Of a stretch of DNA of 64,000 bases, positions 49,229-57,713 are shown piece by piece; positions within the stretch are counted from its first letter, which is position 1, and every line of letters starts with the position of its first letter. Below the pieces are notes generated by a model. It was not told the origin of the DNA, did no database searches, and worked only from the letters and a program-made list of their open reading frames with translations. The DNA is from a virus (lineage: Duplodnaviria; Caudoviricetes). The stretch lies in the IMG/VR virus record IMGVR_UViG_2565956686_000002, positions 24,656-88,655 of that record. One strand, 5' to 3'. Position numbers and translations under genes: made by a program.

Positions 49229-52200
49229 ATGTCCATATTTGAAAATAACTTTGCCTTAAAACCATCAAATGTTCTTAGTTCGCTAGATCAATTAATTCAA
49301 ACGTTACAAAGCATAGATGAAATAACCGTTTACTTTAAAAGAATCATTTCGGGTGAAATTGAAATTGATTTAGGCGAAGCAAAAAAAATCTTATCCTTGG
49401 CAAAAACAGACAAAGATAATCAATATCTTGGTCAAGTTGCAGACTATGTTTTAAATGACTCAGTCCAAAAACTAGACTCTAATTTACAAGCTTATATCGT
49501 TAAACAAACGGCCAATGAACCAATTGCTAAACTAAATCAAGCAATTGCTTATTATGCTTGTGAGCAAGAGCTCATCGAATACATCACCAAAAAAGGGAAG
49601 TCTTTACTTGTAATTTCTTTAGCTGGTGTACCTGTCAAAACAGCAAAAGAATACGATCCATATGCCTTTATTTATAACCAACACACATTAATCCGTGCCA
49701 AGCATATTCTCGAATTACCAGATTCATTACTTACAGATGATCAGCAATTAATTAAAGAGGTTTTCTCTAATGTTACAGATACCGATTCAGATTTGGCACA
49801 ACTTAGCGAACTTCGTCGCGGATCAGGAAGATCAGCAATTTCTCAGTCTGAATCAAATGGAGATGGAGCAACGCCTTCAACAACAGGAACAGCTTCTGTT
49901 GAGCAAGGGCTATACCGAAACGGTAGTATTGGCGTATCAGAAAATAATGATGCAAGTTTACTTGGCGCAGGAAATAGAGGAAATGAACCTTCAAATGGGG
50001 GAAGTCCAACCAGTCTTGCAGGGGATGACAGCAGCGGAAGCCGTGCGATTTTTAACTCAGGATCACCTACTAGAGACAAGCGAAATAAATCAATTGTTCA
50101 ATCTGCTAAGTCAGTTAGAGTTGAGCTAGAAGGTAAAGCAAAATTACAAGCTGAGGCAGAGGGAACACCTACAGAATGGGGATATCCTGAAAATATCAGT
50201 GAAGCATTACCCTATCTGTTACCCGAACAATGTGATGATATTGTCAAAGCAGAAAAACGCTTAATCATTGATAATGCTAACGGCATGTTATTTACCAATG
50301 GTACTGGTACAGGAAAAACCTTCACTGGTTTGGGAACCGTCAAACGATTCTTAAATTCTGGTGCTCAAAATATTCTAATTATTACTTTAAGCGACAAAAT
50401 TGCTCGTGACTTTGTGAAGTCGGGGAAGCCTTTAAATATTGATATTCATCAATTATCAAGTATTCAGGATAACGGTAGTAATTCAAATGTTGTGGTCACG
50501 ACATATGCGAACTTTGGGCAAAATAAATCTTTAGGTAAGAAAGATTGGGACCTTATCATTGTTGATGAAGCACATACATTAATGCAAAGCGCTGACGGTG
50601 AAGTAACCACTGCATTAGATAACTTAAGGGCTTTATCTGGGCATCATGCAGGTTTCTACACTTGGGCAAAAATGCGGTTTTCTGAGCGAGATCCTTATGC
50701 ATTACCTGAGGAAGAACGTACCGATGAGATGATCAAGGATTGGAATGCTTTTATCCATGATTATAAGGTTGAATGGGAAAAGAATTGGACAGAACAATCT
50801 GGGAAACGTGCAAAAGTCGTTTTCCTATCTGCAACACCATTTTCCTATATCAAAACAGTGGATTGGGCTGAGGGTTATCTCTTTAATTTTACATCACCAG
50901 CATCACAATTTAGTAACGATTCATATGGAGGCTATAACTCAGGCGGTGCGCGTGAGCGATTCTATATGTCTAATTTCGGCTATAGAATGAGATATAACAA
51001 ATTGACCCGTCCAGATGGGGGAGTTGACCAAGGTGTTTTTGAAAGACAATTTGCTGAAAGCCTGAAATCTACTGGGGCATTGGCTGGACGTGAACTAGAA
51101 TTAAAATTTGATTATGACCGTAAATTTGTATTGATCAAATCTAACATTGGTCAAAAAATTGATGAAGGTTTGGACTACCTTTGGGATGCTAAAGATGCCA
51201 ATGGAAATAGTCGATTCTCTGATTTGAGTAGCCTCGTGAATAAGCGATTTGACTATCTTTCGCGCCGACGGTTGCTTGAGGCAATTAAAGCAGAAGAAGG
51301 CATTCCATTTTTCAAAAAGAATTTAGCTTTAGGGCGAAAAGTAATTATTTTCCACGATTATAACGATGGTGGAGGTTTTAGACCGTTTGCGTTTACAGAT
51401 GATCAATTTAAATCGATTGATGGTAAATATAACGAAGATGCAGCTGCACAATATCAAGAGTTTGCTCAAGAACGATCTGATTTAGTCCGCTTAAATTGTA
51501 ATTATAATTCTCCACTAGTAACACTACGCCGTGCTTTCCCAAATGCATTGTTATTTAATGGCCGTGTTTCTAAGAAAGATCGTCAAAAAAACGTTGATCT
51601 ATTTAACCAGGATAATAGTGGTTTTGATATTTTGATCGTTCAATCAGATGCAGGTTCTACTGGTATCTCACTGCATGATACAACTGGGACACATCAACGG
51701 GTGAATATCAACATTGGCCAACCTATTAAGCCAGCCAAGCTTCGTCAAACTGAAGGGCGTATTTATCGAGTTGGGCAAGCTTCGAATGCGATTCAGCGTT
51801 ATTTTACTACAGGCACAAACTGGGAACGGACTGCATTTGCTGAAACTATCGCAGGGCGAGCTGAGACAGTAGATAACTTAGCCAAGGGCGAAGATGCTTT
51901 AGTGAGTATTAAGCAAGCGCTTATCGAAGCATATGAAGAAGCCGAATATCATGAGCCTTCGCTTATGGATGGCGTAGGTGGGAAAGCTTACGATGAAGAA
52001 AATGCACGTATTGCGCGCTTATCTCCTTTCGATAAAGCGATGACTTATTACTATGCAAAAGGTAAGCGTACCGAAAGCCGAAATAATCGTGAGGGTAAAG
52101 AGTGGTATGCAACGCCTGAACCGCTAGGTTTAAAAATGCTCGAATGGGCAGGTGTACATAAGGGCGATGATGTACTTGAACCAAGCGCAGGCGATGGGGC

Positions 52201-52939
52201 TATAGGGCGATTTGCGCCTAATGATGTCAACCTGACCATGATTGAACCAACTGAATCATTGGCAAGTCGTGCAAAAATGGCAAATACAGGTGCGAATGTA
52301 ATTGTTAGTGGTTTTGAGGTCCACGGTACTAATAACAAGTATCATGCAATTGTGATGAATCCGCCGTTTGGAAATGCTGGATCCTTGGCAATTAAGCATG
52401 TTCAGAAAGCGTTCCAACACTTATATGATGGTGGTCGAATCGTGGCACTCATTCCTCGTGGTGCAATGGATGAAAAGCTTTCTAGTTGGATTGCAAACGA
52501 AAAAGAAGCCTATCAAGTTGGTGAAATCACATTACCTTTAAGTACATTTAGAAATGCTGGAACCGGTGTTAATACTCGTATTGTGATTATTGAAAGACAT
52601 ACAAGTCCAGAAGATGCACCAACTTATCCAAAAAATATGAATTTCTCACATGCAGAAAGTCCTGAACAACTTTTTGAACTTATTCGTGATGCACAGATTA
52701 AACCGCGGAAATTGCGGATTGATGAGCAGCTTGAACGTTACGGGCTATATATGCGAACTGAGCGTAGCAACTATGTTTTTAATGGCGATGGATTAAACGT
52801 TGATTACATTAAAAAGATTTTAACAAGCTATTGGTTTGCTGAAGTAAATCAATTTGGTGAAGTCGTAATGGCTTATAACAAGTCAGCTGAGATCATTAAG
52901 AAAATTAAAGAGTTCGAAGCCACTTTACAAGCTGCATGA
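49229..52939 (+). CDS. darB: DarB-like SF2 helicase-adenine methyltransferase fusion
   Basis: GTGTGKT, DEAH, SATP, QTEGRIYR; LEPSAGDG and NPPF. Confidence 0.82.
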   Translation: MSIFENNFALKPSNVLSSLDQLIQTLQSIDEITVYFKRIISGEIEIDLGEAKKILSLAKTDKDNQYLGQVADYVLNDSVQKLDSNLQAYIVKQTANEPIAKLNQAIAYYACEQELIEYITKKGKSLLVISLAGVPVKTAKEYDPYAFIYNQHTLIRAKHILELPDSLLTDDQQLIKEVFSNVTDTDSDLAQLSELRRGSGRSAISQSESNGDGATPSTTGTASVEQGLYRNGSIGVSENNDASLLGAGNRGNEPSNGGSPTSLAGDDSSGSRAIFNSGSPTRDKRNKSIVQSAKSVRVELEGKAKLQAEAEGTPTEWGYPENISEALPYLLPEQCDDIVKAEKRLIIDNANGMLFTNGTGTGKTFTGLGTVKRFLNSGAQNILIITLSDKIARDFVKSGKPLNIDIHQLSSIQDNGSNSNVVVTTYANFGQNKSLGKKDWDLIIVDEAHTLMQSADGEVTTALDNLRALSGHHAGFYTWAKMRFSERDPYALPEEERTDEMIKDWNAFIHDYKVEWEKNWTEQSGKRAKVVFLSATPFSYIKTVDWAEGYLFNFTSPASQFSNDSYGGYNSGGARERFYMSNFGYRMRYNKLTRPDGGVDQGVFERQFAESLKSTGALAGRELELKFDYDRKFVLIKSNIGQKIDEGLDYLWDAKDANGNSRFSDLSSLVNKRFDYLSRRRLLEAIKAEEGIPFFKKNLALGRKVIIFHDYNDGGGFRPFAFTDDQFKSIDGKYNEDAAAQYQEFAQERSDLVRLNCNYNSPLVTLRRAFPNALLFNGRVSKKDRQKNVDLFNQDNSGFDILIVQSDAGSTGISLHDTTGTHQRVNINIGQPIKPAKLRQTEGRIYRVGQASNAIQRYFTTGTNWERTAFAETIAGRAETVDNLAKGEDALVSIKQALIEAYEEAEYHEPSLMDGVGGKAYDEENARIARLSPFDKAMTYYYAKGKRTESRNNREGKEWYATPEPLGLKMLEWAGVHKGDDVLEPSAGDGAIGRFAPNDVNLTMIEPTESLASRAKMANTGANVIVSGFEVHGTNNKYHAIVMNPPFGNAGSLAIKHVQKAFQHLYDGGRIVALIPRGAMDEKLSSWIANEKEAYQVGEITLPLSTFRNAGTGVNTRIVIIERHTSPEDAPTYPKNMNFSHAESPEQLFELIRDAQIKPRKLRIDEQLERYGLYMRTERSNYVFNGDGLNVDYIKKILTSYWFAEVNQFGEVVMAYNKSAEIIKKIKEFEATLQAA

Positions 52940-52940
52940 T

Positions 52941-52981
52941 TGGAACTTGTTTATTTTTACTTATTCAAATAGATCAAAAAT
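52941..52981 (+). promoter_or_regulatory. Putative late promoter (TGGAAC...AAAAAT)
   Basis: +39 spacing; hairpin AGCCTTAT/ATAGGGCT. Confidence 0.7.
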
Positions 52982-53006
52982 AGCCTTATTAAGATAGGGC
53001 TTTTTT

Positions 53007-53849
53007 ATGGCAAATGACATCAATGGTGTTCAGGCAGCAAATGCTGATAAGACAACTTTACCCGTGGATTATAGTGCTGATCCATTCTGGGGTTATGTGT
53101 CTAAACATAAATTTGCTGAGTTTAATCTATGCACGATGGAACGTGATGCAGAAACTAAAGAACCAATTTTCTCGTACGACTTGTCACAGCCGACTATTCG
53201 AGCATTCTTGACTGATGGGGATATTAGTTTTGAAAGCCAATGGCAAACGCCGTTTGAGAACTCTAATCCTGAATTAAAAATGCCTATGATGATGGCTGCT
53301 CTACAAACTGGGCAAGCTTTGGCTTCAGGTGGCGCTGCTGGTACAGCGATTCGAAACAATTTGGGTGATGCTGCAGCTGATCTGATTAGTAAGGGATTTC
53401 AACCATTAGCTGATTTTGCAAAAAGTGTTGAAGGCAAAACCAATCTTAATAAAGTCAATACAACTCAAGTCTTTCTTTCTACAGCTTCAGTTCATCTTAA
53501 CTTAAGTGTTTTCTTTATTGCTTTAAAAGATGCTCGAGCAGAAGTCGAGAACAAATTGATGTATCTCCAGTCTTGGTCATTACCGACTCATTTATCACAA
53601 GGTACCGTTTTGACAGATTTAATTTCAGAGGGCGGAGAAGGTCTGTTTTCCGGGTTAATTCCTCCCTACATCACTGTCACCACACACGGCAAAACTTATA
53701 TGCCTTTTATTCTCCAAAGTGTATCAGCGCCGATTGTTGCACCCATTGACAAAGAGGGTAATAGACTAAGCCTTACTGTGAATTTAAGCCTGATTAGTCG
53801 AGCAGCTTGGGATGCTAAAGATGTTCGTAAACTATATAAAGTCGAATAA
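53007..53849 (+). CDS. Baseplate/tail tube-junction protein
   Basis: Context; ILQSVSAPI...VNLSL pattern. Confidence 0.5.
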   Translation: MANDINGVQAANADKTTLPVDYSADPFWGYVSKHKFAEFNLCTMERDAETKEPIFSYDLSQPTIRAFLTDGDISFESQWQTPFENSNPELKMPMMMAALQTGQALASGGAAGTAIRNNLGDAAADLISKGFQPLADFAKSVEGKTNLNKVNTTQVFLSTASVHLNLSVFFIALKDARAEVENKLMYLQSWSLPTHLSQGTVLTDLISEGGEGLFSGLIPPYITVTTHGKTYMPFILQSVSAPIVAPIDKEGNRLSLTVNLSLISRAAWDAKDVRKLYKVE

Positions 53850-53859
53850 AGGATAGTAA

Positions 53860-54558
53860 ATGTTAAATTTTGATCCGATACATATTGGTGGGCAAACCTA
53901 TCAGTTAAATGAAATTACTTTTAATGAAGCGTTAAAAGTAGCTGCAATTGATCCTAAATTGAATGAAAAACGGATAACGTCATTTTTGTCCCAAGCTTTG
54001 CAGAATCCACAATCACCTTTGTTGATGACAGCTCAAGAACGATATTTCTTGATGATTAAATATGTTCAAAATCAGACTAATACATTATTTTCAACAAATA
54101 CTGATTTTTCGAATTGCTTTAAAGAAAATTCTGATTGGATTCATGAAGTATCAGAAGTCGGGGTAACTGTACGCCAGGTCTGTGGCAGTGAAGCAGAGTA
54201 TTTAGAAGCACACTGCATGAATGCAGCAGAATGGATTGCCTGTTTATTAGCATTCCAGATTAAGTATGAAAATCATGAGCACTTAGGGCAATTCCCAGAC
54301 CGTAGTGCTATCGATCAAGTTTATAAGCAGCAATTTTCTCAACGTCTTGGCTATTTAAAAACGCTTCCTCAGAGTGAATTTAATCTGATCTATCTGGATT
54401 ACTTAAAGCTAAATAGCAAGCTTTTTACTCATTTAGAGTTGAGTGTGAACAACGAAGGTTTCGTAGTACAAAGAGGTGCAGATGACGCGCCTATCCGATT
54501 TCGTGCCTCTACCTGTTTTATCGGAATCATCAAAGAGCTGGACAAGTCATTTACTTAG
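53860..54558 (+). CDS. Tail/baseplate assembly protein
   Basis: AAGGA RBS; MTAQERYFL motif. Confidence 0.5.
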   Translation: MLNFDPIHIGGQTYQLNEITFNEALKVAAIDPKLNEKRITSFLSQALQNPQSPLLMTAQERYFLMIKYVQNQTNTLFSTNTDFSNCFKENSDWIHEVSEVGVTVRQVCGSEAEYLEAHCMNAAEWIACLLAFQIKYENHEHLGQFPDRSAIDQVYKQQFSQRLGYLKTLPQSEFNLIYLDYLKLNSKLFTHLELSVNNEGFVVQRGADDAPIRFRASTCFIGIIKELDKSFT

Positions 54559-54766
54559 TACAGCTCAGAATCTATCAAACCATTGCAAGATGTCATTATT
54601 CGATGCGTTAAGTTTACCTGTAAGTTTTGAAGCAGATTATTATGCTTCAGATGCTTGGGACGAGCGAAAAAAAGAAATAGAAATTGAAGCACAACGACAC
54701 AATGCATTATTCAAACTTGGCAATGAAGTCATTAAATGTTTCAACAATATGAGTGCTAGAAGATGA
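54482..54766 (+). CDS. Small tail-assembly-associated protein
   Basis: AGAGGTG RBS before ATG 54482, ATGA coupling downstream. Confidence 0.45.
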   Translation: MTRLSDFVPLPVLSESSKSWTSHLLSTAQNLSNHCKMSLFDALSLPVSFEADYYASDAWDERKKEIEIEAQRHNALFKLGNEVIKCFNNMSARR

Positions 54767-55025
54767 ACACAACAAAGATACTAGGTGAGGCTGTTGGCAT
54801 ACAAAGCCAAGGCACAGTAGACAAGACCGAAACACAAACTAAAGAAGGGCTAACTTCAGCCTTAATTGTTGGTCAATTTAAGCGTGGACGAGTGGATAAG
54901 CCAATGACTATCCATCAAGGTAACATTCGCGGTCAATTGGGCTATGAGCCTACAAATATTGATTATCAAGCTGTACAGGATTGCTTAGACACGGGTGTGC
55001 TTAGTGTTCAAGTTTTACGTGTCGG
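54763..55025. repeat. 263-bp direct repeat copy 2
   Basis: Matches 34164-34426. Confidence 0.92.
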
Positions 55026-55368
55026 AGGAATGATTGTAGATCCAGAAGTTCCTCATATCATTAGTTGTGAAGGTGCGACTGAGAATATAAGCTTTTTCAT
55101 AACTGGGAATTGGCAGATTTATATCGACGATGAAATAGAGCCATATTCTGGGAAAATTTCAAATGCATTAAGTCAGCTTTTTTCCGCTGGAAAAATAACA
55201 GGTGATTGGGATGGAGTGATGCTTATGCAAAATATTGATAATGTTCCACATAGATTTAAATTTTTCCCGATAGATGAAAACGTAACTCATGTCGCTGCTA
55301 CAAATAATCCTACATTTATCGAGCATGAGGATGGCAGTCTGACCTTCTGCTTAGCTGCAATAGCATAA
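54763..55368 (+). CDS. Second sheath N-terminal module fused to distinct beta-rich domain
   Basis: 85/88 aa identical to 34164 ORF, then about 113 unrelated residues. Confidence 0.75.
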   Translation: MNTTKILGEAVGIQSQGTVDKTETQTKEGLTSALIVGQFKRGRVDKPMTIHQGNIRGQLGYEPTNIDYQAVQDCLDTGVLSVQVLRVGGMIVDPEVPHIISCEGATENISFFITGNWQIYIDDEIEPYSGKISNALSQLFSAGKITGDWDGVMLMQNIDNVPHRFKFFPIDENVTHVAATNNPTFIEHEDGSLTFCLAAIA

Positions 55369-55382
55369 AATACATGAATTCT

Positions 55383-55408
55383 AAGCCACCTTTTTAGGTG
55401 GTTTTTTT
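55383..55408 (+). terminator. Intrinsic terminator
   Basis: AAGCCACCT/AGGTGGTTT plus T tract. Confidence 0.78.
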
Positions 55409-55410
55409 AT

Positions 55411-55451
55411 TGGAACATCATCTCAATCATAGAATTTCAATCCTTCAAAAT
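55411..55451 (+). promoter_or_regulatory. Putative late promoter of lysis cassette (TGGAAC...CAAAAT)
   Basis: +39 spacing. Confidence 0.72.
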
Positions 55452-55493
55452 AAATCTAATATTTAAGCAAATTACAAAATTTTAGGATGCGAA

Positions 55494-55778
55494 ATGTCTG
55501 AATACACTGAGGCTGCAATTGAAACTTCGAGTGCTGTAACGGCAACTGCAGCTAAAACAACAGTATTTGGTGGTGTTGCTACAGCAAGTGCAAAATTCTT
55601 TGGACTAGATCCAATTACATTTATTGGTTTAGTTGTTGCTATCGGCGGTCTAATCATCAGTATTTTTAGTTTTTTAATTAATTGGTACTACAAGCGGCAA
55701 GAAAATAAACGTGCTGAAGAAATCCATAAATTAGAACGAGACAAACTATTGGGGAAGTTAAATGTCAAACAAGACTAA
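55494..55778 (+). CDS. Holin
   Basis: TM helix, INWYYK motif, upstream of endolysin. Confidence 0.8.
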   Translation: MSEYTEAAIETSSAVTATAAKTTVFGGVATASAKFFGLDPITFIGLVVAIGGLIISIFSFLINWYYKRQENKRAEEIHKLERDKLLGKLNVKQD

Positions 55779-56292
55779 GTTATGGGTAGGCATCACTGGG
55801 GGGATTTTTGCGGTTAGTGTTGTCGGTGTTCAATGGACCCAAGAGCGTGAAGGTACCGTGTTAAAGCCTTATTATGATTCTGGGGGTGTGGTCACTGTCG
55901 GGACAGGAACTACGGTTTATCCGAATGGGGAGAAAGTAAAAATAACAGATACACCGATCACTAAAAAACAGGCTACAGAATTTCTTCAGTATCACATGAA
56001 AGGTGATGTTGCTGTTCTAAACCAATCTTTAAGAGGTGTGAAGCTTTCACAAGATGAATATGACGTTTACGCAGACTTTGTTTATCAGTACGGGCGTAAT
56101 ACTTGGTCAAATTCATCAATGCTTCGTAATCTAAAACAGGGCAAATATGTTCAGGCCTGTAATTCATTACTTCTCTATAAATACATCACAAAAAACGGCA
56201 AGAAAGTAGATTGTTCAATTGCCGCTAATAAATGTTATGGCGTTTGGAGTTGGCAAGTTAAACGAACAAAAAAGTGCTTGGGAGTGAACTAA
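55762..56292 (+). CDS. SAR endolysin (GH24 lysozyme)
   Basis: N-terminal Gly/Val-rich anchor, E-x8-D-x5-T triad (EGTVLKPYYDSGGVVT). Confidence 0.9.
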   Translation: MSNKTKLWVGITGGIFAVSVVGVQWTQEREGTVLKPYYDSGGVVTVGTGTTVYPNGEKVKITDTPITKKQATEFLQYHMKGDVAVLNQSLRGVKLSQDEYDVYADFVYQYGRNTWSNSSMLRNLKQGKYVQACNSLLLYKYITKNGKKVDCSIAANKCYGVWSWQVKRTKKCLGVN

Positions 56293-56703
56293 ATGTATCT
56301 ATTACTTCTAATTTGGAATAACAAACGCTGGGCAATAATCATTATTTTATTGTTTCTGCATTTGGCTCAGTTGGCACACGTAAATTATCTTGCTAACAAA
56401 ATCAAAAAGACAAACTCACAATGTGAGCAACGTGTAGATGCAGTGAAAGGCAAGCTGATTGATATGTATGTTAAGCAAGCCCAACAATTAAACAAAGTTA
56501 GTTTAAATCTTGCAGCTAAAGAGATTGAAATTAATGAACATTTTGAGACAGTACGTTATGAAAAAGAACGCATCAAAACTAATATTGTTTATCGTAATGT
56601 GTGTAGCGATGTTGCAGGTCGCAGCTTGCTCAACGATGAAATTAAAAGCGTCAACACCGCCATTACCCGTCAACTTAACAGCGCCATTGCCAAAGCTCAA
56701 TGA
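56293..56703 (+). CDS. Inner-membrane spanin (Rz-like)
   Basis: N-terminal TM plus coiled coil after endolysin. Confidence 0.7.
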   Translation: MYLLLLIWNNKRWAIIIILLFLHLAQLAHVNYLANKIKKTNSQCEQRVDAVKGKLIDMYVKQAQQLNKVSLNLAAKEIEINEHFETVRYEKERIKTNIVYRNVCSDVAGRSLLNDEIKSVNTAITRQLNSAIAKAQ

Positions 56704-56821
56704 GTTAAAAGGAGATACTGGAGGTGATTGGCTAGATTGGGGTATTGATACAGTTCAGAAATATTCATTATGCGTGCAACGCGTTTCAGCGTTAATAGAA
56801 GCAAACGAGCCCTCTAAATGA
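56558..56821 (+). CDS. Outer-membrane spanin lipoprotein (Rz1-like)
   Basis: Overlaps i-spanin in +1 frame; lipobox VAAC; Pro-rich segment. Confidence 0.7.
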   Translation: MKKNASKLILFIVMCVAMLQVAACSTMKLKASTPPLPVNLTAPLPKLNELKGDTGGDWLDWGIDTVQKYSLCVQRVSALIEANEPSK

Positions 56822-56902
56822 AGGCTCGTACAATGTGCAAAAATCTGCGCTAAAACTGAAAGATAATGTGTTTTCTGAGCAAATATTTTCACAATTATAA
56901 GT

Positions 56903-57136
56903 TTATTCAGTCACTGCAACAAAACCTTTCAGTTTTCGGCGATATAAAGTCAAATATCGTTCAGCATCATCTTTTGTGTGAAACTCTTTAGCACCTTCTT
57001 TCTTTTCTGAAAAAATGTACTTCTGATTGTACATAGCACTGATGTCAGAATAGTCTTGATAATCTTCAAATAAGTCAGTCTCTATGTGCATATATTTATT
57101 GCCATTTTTAAGATAATAGGGTCTCATACCAATCAC
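56903..57136 (-). CDS. Small hypothetical protein
   Basis: Coupled to upstream minus-strand ORF. Confidence 0.55.
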   Translation of the reverse strand: MIGMRPYYLKNGNKYMHIETDLFEDYQDYSDISAMYNQKYIFSEKKEGAKEFHTKDDAERYLTLYRRKLKGFVAVTE

Positions 57137-57336
57137 CTTTTCTTTTTCTGTTGGTTCACTATTTCAGGTGCTTCAAGCTGTGCAATATCGTCATAAATTG
57201 GATCTTGACTAAAATCACTGTCTAATTCTTGAGTTACTTCCTCAAATGATTCTTGAATTGAGTCATCAAAAGTGTCTTGTGCGAAGTTGTCTTGGGGGAA
57301 GTCTTGGTTTTCGATAGGGATAGATTTAGAGGCCAT
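57133..57336 (-). CDS. Small highly acidic protein
   Basis: Asp/Glu-rich; SOS-type box just upstream. Confidence 0.55.
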   Translation of the reverse strand: MASKSIPIENQDFPQDNFAQDTFDDSIQESFEEVTQELDSDFSQDPIYDDIAQLEAPEIVNQQKKKR

Positions 57337-57347
57337 AATAGTTACTC

Positions 57348-57368
57348 TTGATTAAGTTACAGAATCAA
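57348..57368. promoter_or_regulatory. Acinetobacter UmuDAb-type SOS operator
   Basis: TTGA-TTAA-GTTAC-AGAA-TCAA fits TTGA-N4-GTWAC-N4-TCAA. Confidence 0.7.
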
Positions 57369-57425
57369 GTTTGATCTTATAGCCATCATTTAATAAATTC
57401 AAATTCAAAGGATTGTGGATAAAGT

Positions 57426-57452
57426 AAAAAGCGACATTTCGTGTCGCTTTTT
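57426..57452. terminator. Bidirectional terminator
   Basis: AAAAAGCGACA/TGTCGCTTTTT. Confidence 0.75.
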
Positions 57453-57469
57453 AAACTTTATGTAAAACA

Positions 57470-57709
57470 TTATTTACTAGATTTTAAGTAATCTTCTTTA
57501 TCGTTCTCTATTGCTTCAGAGAATTCATGTGATAACTTGTAATCTAAAATAGCTTTTGCTAATGATTGAATTGCTTCAGCATAAGTGTCAGCTTGCAGGT
57601 TTATTTTTAACAAAGCACAACCAACTTCCCATTTTTGCTTATCTTCTTTCCATAAAATAAGGAATGAGTGTTGAAGTGTATCGTTTATGAATTGCCCAGT
57701 TGATTTCAT
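57470..57709 (-). CDS. HicB-like small protein
   Basis: LILWKED..WEVGC....QADTYAEAIQSL..AI..Y resembles HicB N-terminal domain. Confidence 0.5.
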   Translation of the reverse strand: MKSTGQFINDTLQHSFLILWKEDKQKWEVGCALLKINLQADTYAEAIQSLAKAILDYKLSHEFSEAIENDKEDYLKSSK

Positions 57710-57713
57710 ATAT

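Noticed and set aside
53860-54766. Overlapping ORFs as a G/GT-type tail chaperone frameshift
   Set aside because: No clear slippery heptamer in the overlap; the second ORF has its own AGAGGTG RBS
34164-55025. 263-bp repeat as a diversity-generating retroelement TR/VR pair
   Set aside because: Mismatches are not adenine-specific, are mostly synonymous, and no reverse transcriptase is in the window
10738-55451. GGAAC as an ECF/sigmaE -35 element
   Set aside because: The conserved downstream hexamer is about 28-29 nt away, far longer than the roughly 16-nt ECF spacer
95-56700. Many 60-150 aa ORFs nested antisense or out of frame within long genes (e.g. 35734-36186, 49770-50129)
   Set aside because: Shadow ORFs lacking RBS or motifs; only the o-spanin overlap has independent support
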